DNA of 63,074 bases, counting the filler, from Sphacelaria rigidula (taxonomy: Eukaryota): assembly GCA_964200075.2 (NCBI GenBank). It is 10 parts of 10 records of this genome, joined end to end, with 100 filler letters (N's around TTAATTAATTAA, not from the genome) between each part and the next. Parts side by side here need not be neighbours in the genome. Positions count along the whole stretch, not along the records: positions 1 to 6,218 come from CAXNAA020021438.1; positions 6,319 to 12,536 come from CAXNAA020021439.1; 8 more parts are not named here. One strand, given 5' to 3'. The notes beneath the pieces are model-generated. The model did not search any database. It saw nothing but the letters and a program-made list of their open reading frames with translations, and was not told the DNA's origin. How positions within the stretch are numbered: position 1 is the stretch's first letter; the number at the start of each line of letters is the position of its first letter. A program made the position numbers and the translations under genes. This document shows, one piece after another, positions 1 to 11,680 of the stretch.

Positions 1-219
1 GAACCCAACTATGAGATGATCGGAAGAGTTTGAATGCACGAACGATTAAAAGCCCATAACGGACTTTACTTATGGGACAGAGGAAGTATGAGGGTAACAA
101 CACGCAAACAGATCATAATCGATTTAGAGTGGGGATGAGGAAATAACGCGTCAGGTGCATGGGTATTGTCGCACGTCGAAACGCGGACCGCCCCCCTCAC
201 GAGAAGAAGAAGTAGCAGT

Positions 220-260
<41 letters not shown>

Positions 261-315
261 CTTTATTGCCAGTAAATGTGTACGGCTGGGGGTGGGTCTG
301 AATCAGCCGGTACCG

Positions 316-350
<35 letters not shown>

Positions 351-871
351 CATCGTAAACGGTCCGCGTTTTGACCGTCCAACAACACCCACGCACCTTG
401 CGAGTGATAGCCACTGTGCTCGACAGCGCTGGTACGTACTACCCGCCGATGGGTCCATGCTTGCTCACTCGGCGAGGTTCTGGGAGATATAGCTGCGCGC
501 ATCTCTCTGTGGGAGCGGTGCACGTGGAGTGTGTCTCCTACGCGTGGCTACTGCTGGTGATGGCGTGAACCCAGAGGGGCTACTGCTAGTGCCGGGATGC
601 CAACTGTTTGTCCCATGAAGAGCCCAACGGCCCACTCCTTGCAACCATGTGACGTTGCTCTTCGCATTCTCACGCGAATGTCCCTCCGCTCTCACGAAAG
701 TTAATTCCCAAAAGATTAATTTTGGCGAGATTGATTTTGGGGCAGGTGAGAATGTGGCATCAACTCACAACCAATCGGAATCATGGAAAAAAAAAAAAAA
801 TCCCCAACCGTCATAATCACTATCTCTGTCACGTCGCGTTCCCACATTTTTGGACTCGATAAAACGGGCCA
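1..871. mobile_element. Partial copy of a PIF/Harbinger-like non-autonomous element containing one CAG/CTG hairpin unit
   Basis: About 60-870 aligns by eye with about 2340-3112. It ends in TTTGGACTCGATAAAACGGGCCA followed by TTA, and contains an inverted repeat at 153-398. The left end is not visible. Confidence 0.55.
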
Positions 872-1266
872 TTATGACTCTTTCTTGAACAATTCCTACG
901 TCAAAACTCGCGCAGGCGGGTAAATCGTTTCAGCGTCGCTATTGTTTTCGCCAAATATCGAAAGAGCGGTTGTGCGGCTAAGCCTGTAACATACCCTTGA
1001 GAAGCGGCAGATTGTTGTGATCAATATGTTAGCACATTGCTCAAAGATGTGTTGGTGATTCAGTTGCACCTTCTTGTACCACAAAATGTCGCCCCCGCTT
1101 CCCATCTGCAGAGGAACATATTTCGGTTGCCATGATGAAGAGACTGATTATTCGCATACTGTCACCATTCTGTAAGGTAGTGTTTTAACGAAACAAGGAA
1201 AATGAGAATCATTTCGTGATCGTGATACTCGTAGGGAAGTGACGGTTCACAACTTCATTAGAAATC

Positions 1267-2566
1267 ACACACCGTTTTTATCGAGTATGCTTGGGTGGGA
1301 AACAAGTGATTTAGAACCGGTAAAACAGCACGCGAACGGACCAGCGACTTCAAGGAGGGCGGCAATCACGCGCAAGGGGGTATGGGTGTTGTCGCAGGTC
1401 AAAACGCGGGCCGCCTTCCGCGCAAGAAGAAGCAACAGCAGCAGCATCAGCAGCATCGTTATTGCCAGTACATGTACGCTGCTGGGGGTGGGTCTCAATC
1501 AGCCGGTGCCGATACTGCTACTGCTGCTACCGCAGTTCTTACTCATGAGAGAAACGGGCCGCGTTTCGATCGTACTACAACGCCCACGCACCTTGCACGT
1601 GATATCCACGGTGCTGGAAAGCGCTGATCCGTACTACCCGTCGATAGGTCTATGCTTGCTCACTAGGCTAAGTGTTGGGAGATATAGCTGCGCGCATCTC
1701 TGTGTGCGAGCTGTGCACGTCGGGTATGTCTCGCACGCGTGGCTGCTGCTGGTGATGGGGATGAAGCCAGCGTCTAATACAGAGGAAAACAAGTGATACG
1801 TACTCGTACTGAAAATGCTACTACTGTTGTCTGTATCGGGGTAACAAGACGCAAACAGATCGTAGTCTACTTTGAATACTACTGTAGGAGGGGGCAATAA
1901 CGCACCAGGTCATGGGTATTGCCGCACGTCGAAACGCGGACCGCCTCCCGGACGAGAAGCAGCAGCAGCAGCAGTGTACGGCTAGGGGTGGGTCTGAATC
2001 AGCCGGTGCCGATACTGCTGCTGCTGCCGCTGCTGCTGCCGACTGCTGCTACTGCCATTTTTCCTCATGCGAGACAGTGTGCGTTTCAATCGTGCTACAA
2101 CGCCCACACACCTGGCGGGTGATAGATACCATGCCGGAAAGCGCTGGTCCGTACTGCCCGCTGATAAGTCAATGCTCTTTCACCAGGCTAAGTGGTAAAA
2201 GATTCAGCTGTGTGCATCTCTCTGTGCGAGCTGTACACATCGGGTGTGTCTCGCACGCGTGGCTACTGCTGGTGACGGCGTTGAAAGAATATAGCCAGCG
2301 TCCAATACAGGGGAAAACAAGTGAAATGTACTTGTACTGAAATGCTACAACAGTATACTGATACAATAAGGGTAACTACACGCAAACAGATCATAATCAA
2401 TTTCATGTGGGGAGGAGGAAATATCACGCCAGGTGCATGGGTATCGTCGCACGTCGAAACGCGGACCGCCTTCTGCACGAGAAGAAGAAAAAGAAGAAGA
2501 AGCAGCAGCATCTTCATTGCTAGTATATGTGTACGGTTGGGGGTGGTTTTGAATCAGCTGGTACCG

Positions 2567-2601
<35 letters not shown>

Positions 2602-3112
2602 CGGTCCGCGTTTCGACCGTGCGACAACACCCACGCACCTTGCGAGTGATGACCACTGTGCTGGACAGCGCTGGTACTACCCGCCGATGGGTTCATGCTT
2701 GCTTACTCGGCGAGGTTCTGGGGAAAAGAGCTGTGCGCATCTCTCTGGGGGAGCGGTGCACGTGGAGTGTACCTGTCTCCCACACGTGGCTACTGCTGGT
2801 TATGGGATGAACCCAGAGGGGCTACTGCTAGTGACCGGATCCCAACTGTATGTCCCATGAAAAGTTCAATAGCTCACTTCTTCCAACCATGTCATGTTCC
2901 TCTTCGCATTCTCACGCGAATGTCCCTCCGCTCTCACGAAAGTTAATTCCCAGAAGATTAATTTTGGTCAGAGTGATTTTGCGGGAGGTGAGAATGTGGC
3001 ATCAACTCACAACCATTCGGAATCACGGAAAAAAAAAAAACTCCCCAACCGTTATAATCACTATCACTATCACGTCGCGTTCTCACATTTTTGGACTCGA
3101 TAAAACGGGCCC
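1267..3112. mobile_element. PIF/Harbinger-like non-autonomous element with three tandem internal hairpin units
   Basis: The left end CCGTTTTTATCGAGT (~1272) is an inverted match to the right end ACTCGATAAAACGGGCCC (ends 3112), which is followed by TAA. GGGCCCGTTT-type termini and TAA/TTA targets are typical of PIF/Harbinger (Tourist) elements. Internal repeat units lie at about 1364-1900, 1900-2420 and 2420-2820. Confidence 0.55.
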
Positions 3113-3198
3113 TAACGGTGCTGGACGCACGGTTACAGCATGTGGTAGAAGGCATCCGTCGGAGAATTGGTGGCCATCCAGGCTCAGGAAGGAGCTTC

Positions 3199-3916
3199 CA
3201 CGGTTCGGACGAATCGGGTTTCATACGGATTGACTTCCCATGAATGCTGAGTGTGAATGATGTACCAATGAGTCATCCGGTATGAATCACGGATGGTAAA
3301 GTTGTTTGTTTATCTCTTAGACCGCGAGGTTAGTCTTCTGTTGAGTCGGCATCAATTTCAAGTGAAACAAAGTATGCATGATCCAGGAAGACTAATCTCG
3401 CGGGCTAAGGGTTCAGGTCATACCGCACGAATCGCGAACTGGGAATACCTTTACTCCAAGTAGTATCAGACGAATAAACAGTGCAAAATACGTACGAATC
3501 ACACTTCCTGTATGAATCTTGGGTGGGAAACGTGTACACTTGATTCGCCTTGTTTGAATCTAAGGTGGGGAACATGTACGTACGATTCATGCTGCATGGA
3601 CGGGGATAAGAAAACATGTGCCCTTGATTCACCTCGTATGGATGGAAGGCGGAGAAGACATATGATCCATGCTGCGTGGACGGAAATTGAGAAACATGCA
3701 TGTGTGATTCACCTCAGTCGCCACATCGTTGAATCCTGTCATGACATGGGCCTTGCATCAGTCGTACTTTTCTCCCAATCTGTATGCGGTTGAGATAACT
3801 GTACTGCATATGTTTTTCACCGTCGGGTGCACGCGGAATGAACATTTGAATACAGGTCGACTCCTGCCATGCCATGAGGAGTGAACTCGTATAAATCGTG
3901 ATTCGTCCTAACCGTG
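3199..3916. mobile_element. Non-autonomous TIR element (hAT-like MITE family, same TIR as 51938-52195)
   Basis: TIRs are CACGGTTCGGACGAATC (3199) and GATTCGTCCTAACCGTG (ends 3916). The interior is rich in GAATC/GATTC motifs. The TSD is not conserved in this copy. Confidence 0.6.
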
Positions 3917-4353
3917 CACATTTCTGTCCGGGCAGCAGTCTGTTATGGCTCCACATCCAAATCATTGCGGCCGACGAAACGTATCGGTGAATAGTTTTCC
4001 AAATCTAGGCTATCGATAGACCGCGTGCCAAATCCATTGATGATGACAATGTTGACAGATTGTATACCAAATCTATTGATGACAGAAATCGCTATTGATG
4101 GAGTGCGTACAAACTTTATGCATGCCGACAATGTATATCGATAGATACGTACCAGAATATACTCTGGTATACAATGCCTACCGACAGATATTCTCTGACG
4201 TCTATCGACACCCCTACATCGCAACATACTACGTGTAGAGTATATTATACCCCGTTAAAGTACGGTAGAGAAGTCGTGGGTGGACATGCAGTGGGTATAT
4301 AGTGCTACTACTTGTGAATATATGACGCTTCTATTTTCTACGAATCCTCAATA

Positions 4354-4658
4354 AACAGCGTTTTCGTGAGATTGAGAGTAGAATGCTAATTGAAAGTGGC
4401 TTCGGTAACTAGCTTGAATCTAGCCAATTTTTTATTCCGTGTGTGCTTTTCTTTGCCTTTATCACCATCACTATCGGGTGCTCACAGCTACACGTCGATA
4501 TCCTACTCGGGGATATCAAGGGCCTCAGTAGCAAGCCACTACAGAAAGCATATCGGGCCCCGTAGAGGGGCATTTCGTAACTGAAACGCGTCATTCACTA
4601 TTTGACCACTTTTCACTCTCAATCATATCCCCTACTCTCAATTTCACGAAAACCTTGT
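4354..4658. mobile_element. MITE-like element (~300 bp)
   Basis: Inverted termini AACAGCGTTTTCGTGAGATTGAGAGTAG and CTACTCTCAATTTCACGAAAACCTTGTT. No convincing TSD. Confidence 0.5.
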
Positions 4659-4778
4659 TAACATATGTGGACAATAGTTTACAAGTTTTGTTTTTGGGTG
4701 TGGTGTTGGTGTTTATTGTTGCCCCTCTGATGGGCATGAGCGCTTAGAGTACTTTCGTGTGCGGGTGAGAATTGCTTA

Positions 4779-5830
4779 TACCCTGGACAATAGACTATGT
4801 CATAGAAAAACATTGCCGTTGCAATTGCCCCGAAAGTTTGACTGTTGAAGTTTATTGTCAATCATAATCGACTGGCATCAATGTCTAACGATAGCTATCG
4901 TAGGCGACAAAAGATTCGGGACGAGGGACAGAGTGTATTGTTGTCGTGACAATGGAGGGGCCAAGTTGTCTATCGATGCATTTTATTTCTTGCGATAGGC
5001 TCTGAATTGCGGCCACCAATATCTATTGTTAATCATCTGACACGCGGCCACCAATATATTTTCTTGGCCACAAAAAGATCTAAATTGCACCCACCGATGT
5101 CTATTGAGGATCACAATATCATCTGAAACGCGGCCATCAATGTTTATCGATGGTCACAATGCAATCTGAATCACGGCCACCAATATCTATAGCTGACCAC
5201 AGAAGTAGCTGAATGGCGTCGGTCACGAGCTATGTTTGCACATTTTTCGGTGGGTGTTTCCACCTTATTCCACAGAAGCTATGACCAGCTATCGCCTCAG
5301 GAAGTTGCGTGTTCATGTGTGAGAGGCATTGCCGCTGATGTCATAAAACACTGCAGTGAGCAATTCATTTATCAAAACCTATAATTGGCGTCACTGGCTA
5401 TCGATAGGTGCTGTCGAGAACAATCGATTATTGACAGCAATGACCATATCGATAGATACCCAAAAGTGCGTTGTTGGCGGCAGGGGCTACCGATAGACGG
5501 CTCACCAAATATATCCATGACGTTAATTGGTGTTGATAGATGGCTCACCTGACCTATTGATGACGGCAATGACTATCGATTGATGGCTCATCAAACCTGT
5601 TGATTACGGCAATGGCTATCGATATATACATCCCAGAATCTATTGCGGTACGCGATTTCCATCAATGGCGAGTGATCTTCGATCGACTATTGCAACATCT
5701 ATTGACCCTTGCAATACATGTCAATAGATGTATTTCACCATCTATCGTGTTCGATGATATGTATCGATAGGTTTTCCCTAGTGTCTATTGCTGAACCTAT
5801 GGACTATTGTTGTGTCCATTGTCCAGAGTG
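4779..5830. mobile_element. Non-autonomous TIR element with ATCGAT-rich subterminal repeats
   Basis: Termini TACCCTGGACAATAGAC and GTCCATTGTCCAGAGTG. Internal repeats of GCGGCCACCAATATCTAT and ATCGAT. The right ~220 bp recurs at 56858-57102 and ends at the same terminus. Confidence 0.55.
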
Positions 5831-6218
5831 TGCAAAACACACGAAAACTCCTCCAGGACCGCGGGTATGAATGATGAGTAAAAGTGATGGTGATCAAAGC
5901 CATAGGTATAAGGGTCCTTTTTAACGATGGAAATTATCCCCTTTTTCACAATCCCCTTTTGACAGGGGATTGGCCCCATAGCGACCAGTCCCGAGTCCTA
6001 TCGACAAGCAGTTTTGTACAAATTGGAACCTAGATCTGCACGCAGGTTGAGAAATGCGGCGGGTCTAAAAGTGGTCGTTATTCCAAGCAGGCCCAAGGTC
6101 TATGTAATGCTGCCGACAAGATGCAACAATGCAACACAACACCTACACACCCAGCCCCGAAAAAACAAGCACAGACACCCACCACTCACGCGCATTAGTT
6201 TCACTGCTAGGCCTTGCT

Positions 6219-6318
6219 NNNNNNNNNNNNNNNNNNNNNNNNNNNNNNNNNNNNNNNNNNNNTTAATTAATTAANNNNNNNNNNNNNNNNNNNNNNNNNN
6301 NNNNNNNNNNNNNNNNNN
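6219..6318. other. Artificial contig spacer
   Basis: 44 N + TTAATTAATTAA (stops in all six frames) + 44 N. Confidence 0.97.
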
Positions 6319-6885
6319 CTGTGTTACTCTTTTGTATCTTCCCTGCAAGGGAGGGATGGGACTTCAACCTCATATTTTGTTTCAACCCAAAAAATTAGGA
6401 TCGGCTGTTGAGATGAGAAGGAGCCTGAAATAAATCCTCACTTTGCCCGCCAACTCATCCGGAAATTGAGCAGAAAGAGAACTTATTGCGAACAGCCTCA
6501 GCTACGCAAGTCCCGCATACTGCACCGTTATCAGCGGATGAGATCTGAGATGCAGCAAAATTGTTAAAAACAGTTCATCCTCTTGCCCCCCATATTCATA
6601 TTTCAATCGGGCGCAAGGATAAAATTCTCAACAGCTTTCCCTGAATACAAATCTCACACACTTCTCGCGAGTGTATATATCCACGCGCCAGTGCTTAGAT
6701 GCGACGCTTCGGCTGCAGGCGTGAAGATGATGGAATGAAGGTTTATACCTCGCATATGTATGCACATAGCTCATAAAAACGTCGTTGTTCAATGTCTACC
6801 AAGACAAAGGAAATGCTTTTTTATATCAAAAGCGCGAAAAATATACCATCGCGGTATATATTCTCCATGTACTTTGATGAGGATG

Positions 6886-6948
6886 ATTGAATGATTGATT
6901 GACTGTTGCACTTCAAGTGACTACCCAGAAGGGGTCCAGCCGTGTTCT
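6886..6948 (-). mobile_element. Short 3' end of a non-LTR retroelement with (ATCA)n tail
   Basis: TGATTGATTGACTGTTGCACTTCAAGTGACTACCCAGAAGGGGTCCAGCCGTG resembles 46998-47062, 61047-61110 and the reverse complement of 14689-14738. Confidence 0.45.
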
Positions 6949-6979
6949 ATATATTCATAACATTAAACTGTATAATACC

Positions 6980-7091
6980 GCACAGGTGGCCACTTGGGTG
7001 CCTGTTCCCTTAAATTTGGACGTTACAGACCTTGTGCAACGTCTGCAACGTCCAAATTAGAGGTTACAGGTACACCAGTGGCCACCCGTGC
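6980..7091. mobile_element. ~110-bp palindromic MITE-like element
   Basis: GCACAGGTGGCCACT...AATTTGGACGTTACAGAC / GTCTGCAACGTCCAAATT...AGTGGCCACCCGTGC. The two halves are reverse complements over most of the length. Confidence 0.65.
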
Positions 7092-8860
7092 ATGCAGGAC
7101 AGTACAATATCGCGTGCTTATACGTCAGGTGCTATATACTGCAGAGTAAGCGCGGCATATGCGACACGTATGACCATGCAATGTGGATATATGCTCCAGC
7201 TTATATTTTGATATACGGGGGTGCTATTTACCGTCAGGAGTACCTGCAGAGTTCGCACAGCACGCGCACGTACATACATATATGCGCACGCAAGTGCAGC
7301 ACGTAGTGAGCAGGGCGTGAAGCGTAAGCCGGGAAAGTACAGTACAGACAGCGCAGGGCTATATATGTTCTCTACCTACACTGCGACGTAAAAAGGACTT
7401 GAACAACGTGCAGCTTTGTACTGATGCCTGCATGCGCCCATGCGTCAACTATGCGGTGAGTACATGCTATATACATATTAAACCCCGCGTGTATATATGG
7501 TTCGATCCGTCGCCATGCGATGCCGCGCGACCATGAAAGAAGATGCTCAAGTTTCCATGCACCAACAAGAAATACATCATACCCAACCACGGCGGTGTGT
7601 ATCTATACCCCTGTGCCCAACTCGTGCTCTGTGCCAAGACAGTATAGGGTTGTGCGGTATAGCTGGGAACATAAATGTTATTGTTGTGGGGGTTATTTGC
7701 ATGGATCTTGGGTTATGGTCTATACCATATAAAGTACAAGTACTTTGACGTACAAAGTTGCTGGGTTTCCAAAGGTCAAACTCCAGAGGAAAATTTACAC
7801 CCTGGAGAGTACTTTCCCCCCAAAGTTGCCAACAGGCAACCATTTTAAAATTACAAAATGAGGGTGCTCAAGTTCGTTGGAAATATTTGTGGCTCGTGGT
7901 GTCAGGTACTGTTCTCGAAACAGACCGGCTACCGTCGCAGAGGCAGCAGTATAGCAGAGGTTGCATAGTAGTAGTCAAACTACTTGCTTCTGCAACAGAC
8001 AGAAAGTCCAAAGGCAAAAATGGTGGTCGGGGCTCTTCACTTCGGCCGAACAAAATCGAACAGCCTCTTCTGCAAGCAGAGTGCTGAGGAAGTAAAGAAG
8101 GGGTGGGTAAGCTTGGTAAGCTTGGTAAGCTTGGGAGAGTTGTTGCAAGGGCGATAGGAACCACCGATTACGAACATGCTCAATCCTGGAAGGAGAATCA
8201 AACACTCTACACGTACGTAGGGTCTAATCGTATCATTCAATTCAACCTCGCTAGTTCTGACGCGGTAGTCTTGCCAGTTTTTTGGCTTGGATCAACTGCA
8301 ATTTGCACACAAGATATGTTTCAGCTTACGCGGCCTAAATACTCTGCTAGAGTATCTTTCATTGACAAATCATGGCAACACGCCCACTCCAGCAATATCC
8401 TACTTGAAGCGTCATTCAAACAGGTAAGCTATAAATCAACACAAACGAGGTACTCTCCGTGAAAAGGATGCTAATGAAACGGTCTTACAAGGTTCGTTGT
8501 TTCGTTGAACCGTCACAGATTGTACCGCTATCTTTTGTTGCAACGAGTTCATCCAAACACAATGAATATAGACTGCATCGTATAGATTTTTGCAACAATG
8601 TTTCCGTTTCTGAAGTTATATTGCTTGATATATCCATTAAAAGCACAAAATGATTTCCAAGTCAACAACAAATCATAGGTGGTTCAATGCTCAGTGCGAT
8701 TTTCTCTCGACCACTAAAGTGCGAGTTCGATATTTACCCCTGTCACAATTGAACCGTTTTTTCCGCCAGTACTGCGCCCGCGCTGTAAGATCGAGCATAC
8801 TGCATGTGCTTAATAATACTGTACAGCATATTAAGAGCAATGAACATTACACGGAGTGAC

Positions 8861-9032
8861 GAAACCCTGTGAAGCGTCCTGTGTGGCGCAAAATAACACC
8901 CTACAGTCACATCCCTGCGAGAAACACTGCACACCTTTCCTGAAACCCTGTGAAGCATCCTGTGTGACGCAAAAACAATACCCTACAGCCAAATCTCCGC
9001 GAAAAACACTGCACAGTTTCCCTGAACCCTGT
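8861..9032 (+). repeat. ~81-bp tandem repeat, about 2.1 copies
   Basis: GAAACCCTGTGAAGC...AAACACTGCACA..TTTCC starts at 8861 and 8942, with a partial third copy at ~9024. Confidence 0.8.
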
Positions 9033-9349
9033 AGACATGCCCCCCAGGGTGCTATTTGTTCACGTATGTGATGGCTTAGATCACACTTGCAATCGGAGTT
9101 AGCACAACCAACGCTGAGTACAGTAGTACAGTAACATGATCTTGTACTCTCTCTCATCTCTCACTACTCGTCGCGTGGCCGATTTCCTTTCGTCTGCGTG
9201 TCTTCCAATAAGCCAGCTCGAAAATAATAGAAGAAGTGATCTGTGTTGATTGCTTCAAATCTTGAAGTTCATTGATCGCGCCCGTCGCTCTCATGTTTAG
9301 TAGACGCCGACAAATTATGAAGGGAAAAGAGCTGTCGCTTTGTGTGTTG

Positions 9350-9870
9350 TACCCAGCGGCGCATAGAAACCCAGGTACAGAGCGTGGCGTACACCGGAGC
9401 AGCAACATCATGGCGACCGTATTATGCTCTTCTGTTTGTTGGTTATATTGAGTCTATCGATACCGCCATGTTCGTCGTGCCGCCTCTTCAGCAAATGGCT
9501 GATCTCGTACAGAGAGAACGGTACACACGTGACAATGTAGGTAGACGAAAGCCCCACAAAAACACACGAAACAGTTCCTGTCGCCGGCTCCAAACTTCAT
9601 CCCGTTGATCGCCAGGGTGGGTCACCTGGATCCTGTACTCATTTTCATGTGAAAGTTTTACCGAAACAGAGAACTTACCCCGTGGGTGACACGTGGTCCA
9701 TGCTCTTTCAAAGAGAGGATGAGTGCTGTAAAGTGGTAAACATGGCGGTATCGATAGATTCGATATAACCAACAAACATAAGAGCACAATACCTTCGCCA
9801 TCATGTTGTTCATCCCAGTACAGGCCACAGTCTCCACCTCGGGTTCGCTGTACCGTGTGATGCCAGCTGG
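9350..9870. mobile_element. MITE/foldback element with ~100-bp inverted arms
   Basis: CAACATCATGGCGA..GTATTATGCTCTT.TGTTTGTTGGTTATAT.GA.TCTATCGATACCGCCATGTT (~9402-9472) is the reverse complement of AACATGGCGGTATCGATAGA.TC.ATATAACCAACAAACA.AAGAGCA.AATAC..TCGCCATCATGTTG (~9739-9808). Outer boundaries are approximate. Confidence 0.7.
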
Positions 9871-10045
9871 GAAAAAAGCTGGTGGATCACTGCTGTTGAG
9901 AGACTCACCAGTCTAACTGCCTTTAGTTTCAGTTGTCAGCCTTAACAACATATCATTATCAGGAGTGCCCTTGCAAGCACAGCCTCATAGACCCGCAGGA
10001 TATCATCCCCGACACTTTCTACGATAGCACCCACCCCAAAAGTGC

Positions 10046-10200
10046 ATGATTTTGGGAGGCAAAATCTTCATGTACATCGAAATGGGAAAAGCCGAGCACA
10101 ACGAGAAAGATCNNNNNNNNNATCAGGCGCTGTGTGGCCTTTTTTTTCGTGACACTTTTAGCTGGTTTTGGGGGGGGGCTATCGTGGAAAGTGTCCCCCG
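10046..10200. repeat. Dispersed repeat shared with 19736-19970
   Basis: GGGAGGCAAAATCT...AAATGG.AAAAGCCGAGCA.AACGAG...ATCAGGCGCTGT.TG.CCTTTTTTTTCGTGACACTTTT...G-run...TATCGT.GAAA.TGTCC occurs in both contigs. Confidence 0.7.
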
Positions 10201-10209
10201 TGTCCCCGG

Positions 10210-11680
10210 TCATTATCCAGAATCCTCCCAGAATCCTCCAGAACCCCCGTGCCCCCAGTCATTATCCAGATCATCGCTACCAACTCAACGTGACCGCGTG
10301 ATAACGTCACAGCACCCCCAAAGCACGTTGAACGGAAATCGAGCAGCAAGCTTGACACATGGGAAACGCCGAAATGATGAGCAAGTCACAACTGAATACC
10401 GAACTCACGCGTGATGCGAGCAGCAACGGCACGAGTTACGCACAATTTGCGCAACTCCTCCGTGAGAAATTCCGGAGCGGCCTCAAAAATATCCTTGAAG
10501 GGCTCCCACGTACCCTCCTCGACTTCGAAACCAACCCAGTCGACCAACACGATCAACGAACGATCGTCTGCTTCTACCACTCGGACAATACTAGCCATCT
10601 GAAATTGCCCCTGATTGAAAGCGTACTGGAACACGTCCTTAACGTCAGCCGTAACATTAAGTTGCGAGTCGGCATCAAAACGCAAACGAGCTAAATGGGC
10701 GGTCTGAACACAACCCGGAACAATGTTCTGAATCTCAAACACGTGCGGGTGGTGAGCATCAACCACTCTCCACGAATCAGTCCACGTCACCATCAACATG
10801 GGCGTAACCCCCGGACGACGCACGCGTGCATACAAGGCATGGTTGCCCATCTCAAAATTCGGCAATTCCAGCCCCGACGAGGACCCCTCACGTCTACGCG
10901 CACGTTCCACGGCAGCACGCTCCTGCAGTTGAACGTGGAAACGTTCTTGCAAGTCCAAGACTCCTTGCGAGGCGCGCATAATTTTACCATCATCCAACAT
11001 ATCACAATTCCATTCCCCCGCCGACGAAGACGACAACACCGAGAAAGGCGTCCGACGAGCACGTCCAAACATCACGTGGTACGGCGTACTATCGTAACGA
11101 CGACGATACGCTGTATTGAGCGCCCATTGCACCGCAGGCAACACGTCCACCCACTCGGAAACCGCTTTACGCTGCTCGAGAAGAATAGAGCGAAGAGCAC
11201 GAACTACTTCCTTGACCATGCGTTCGCACGCGTGCCGATAGACCACGGAGAATACGCCACCGCAAACTGGTGATCAACATGCGAAGCCTCTCGCAATCGG
11301 GCCAAGATCGCATTCTTGAAATGCGTGGCGGTATCACTCACCCACACACGCAGCACCCCCAACGTTTTGCACCAATTTGGCAAATATGCAGCAGCCGATT
11401 CAGCAGTACACACTGCTACTGGTTCCAGAGACACGAAGTTGCTCAAATCATCCATGATTACCGAAATGTATCGAAACCCAGCATCCTCCGACAAATCATG
11501 CAGTCAGTCCCAGCGGAGACCAAACCGTCTTCGAAAAGGCCTGGAGACCCCACAGCGCAGCGACAGCTACAGAACACGAGACAGCGCATGAATGTGTTTG
11601 TGCTGCAGCACAGAGATATAGGACATATCCCATGCGATAGTTCTTCCCCTGATTTCGGATGAGCTCGATTTTGGTCAAAT
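10210..11680 (-). mobile_element. Degenerate Ty3/Gypsy (chromovirus-type) LTR retrotransposon: integrase core + chromodomain + start of 3' LTR
   Basis: Frameshifted ORFs 11204-11494 (YISVIMDDLSNF...VWVSDTATHF...AYSPW) and 10386-11246 (ERMVKEV...WVDVLPAVQWALNTAY...TPYHVMFGR; chromodomain VLVDWVGFEVEEGTWEP). On the minus strand a G-rich tract GGGGGTGC is followed by TGTGACG at 10311, a probable PPT/LTR junction. Confidence 0.9.

Noticed and set aside
66..2860. Poly-Q/L/S/A ORFs in the track
   Set aside because: They are translations of the CAG/CTG hairpin repeats in several overlapping frames on both strands, with no consistent exon structure.
6263..6274. TTAATTAATTAA repeated nine times at ~6.3-kb spacing
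   Set aside because: It is always embedded in N-runs and is a synthetic six-frame-stop linker, not a biological motif.
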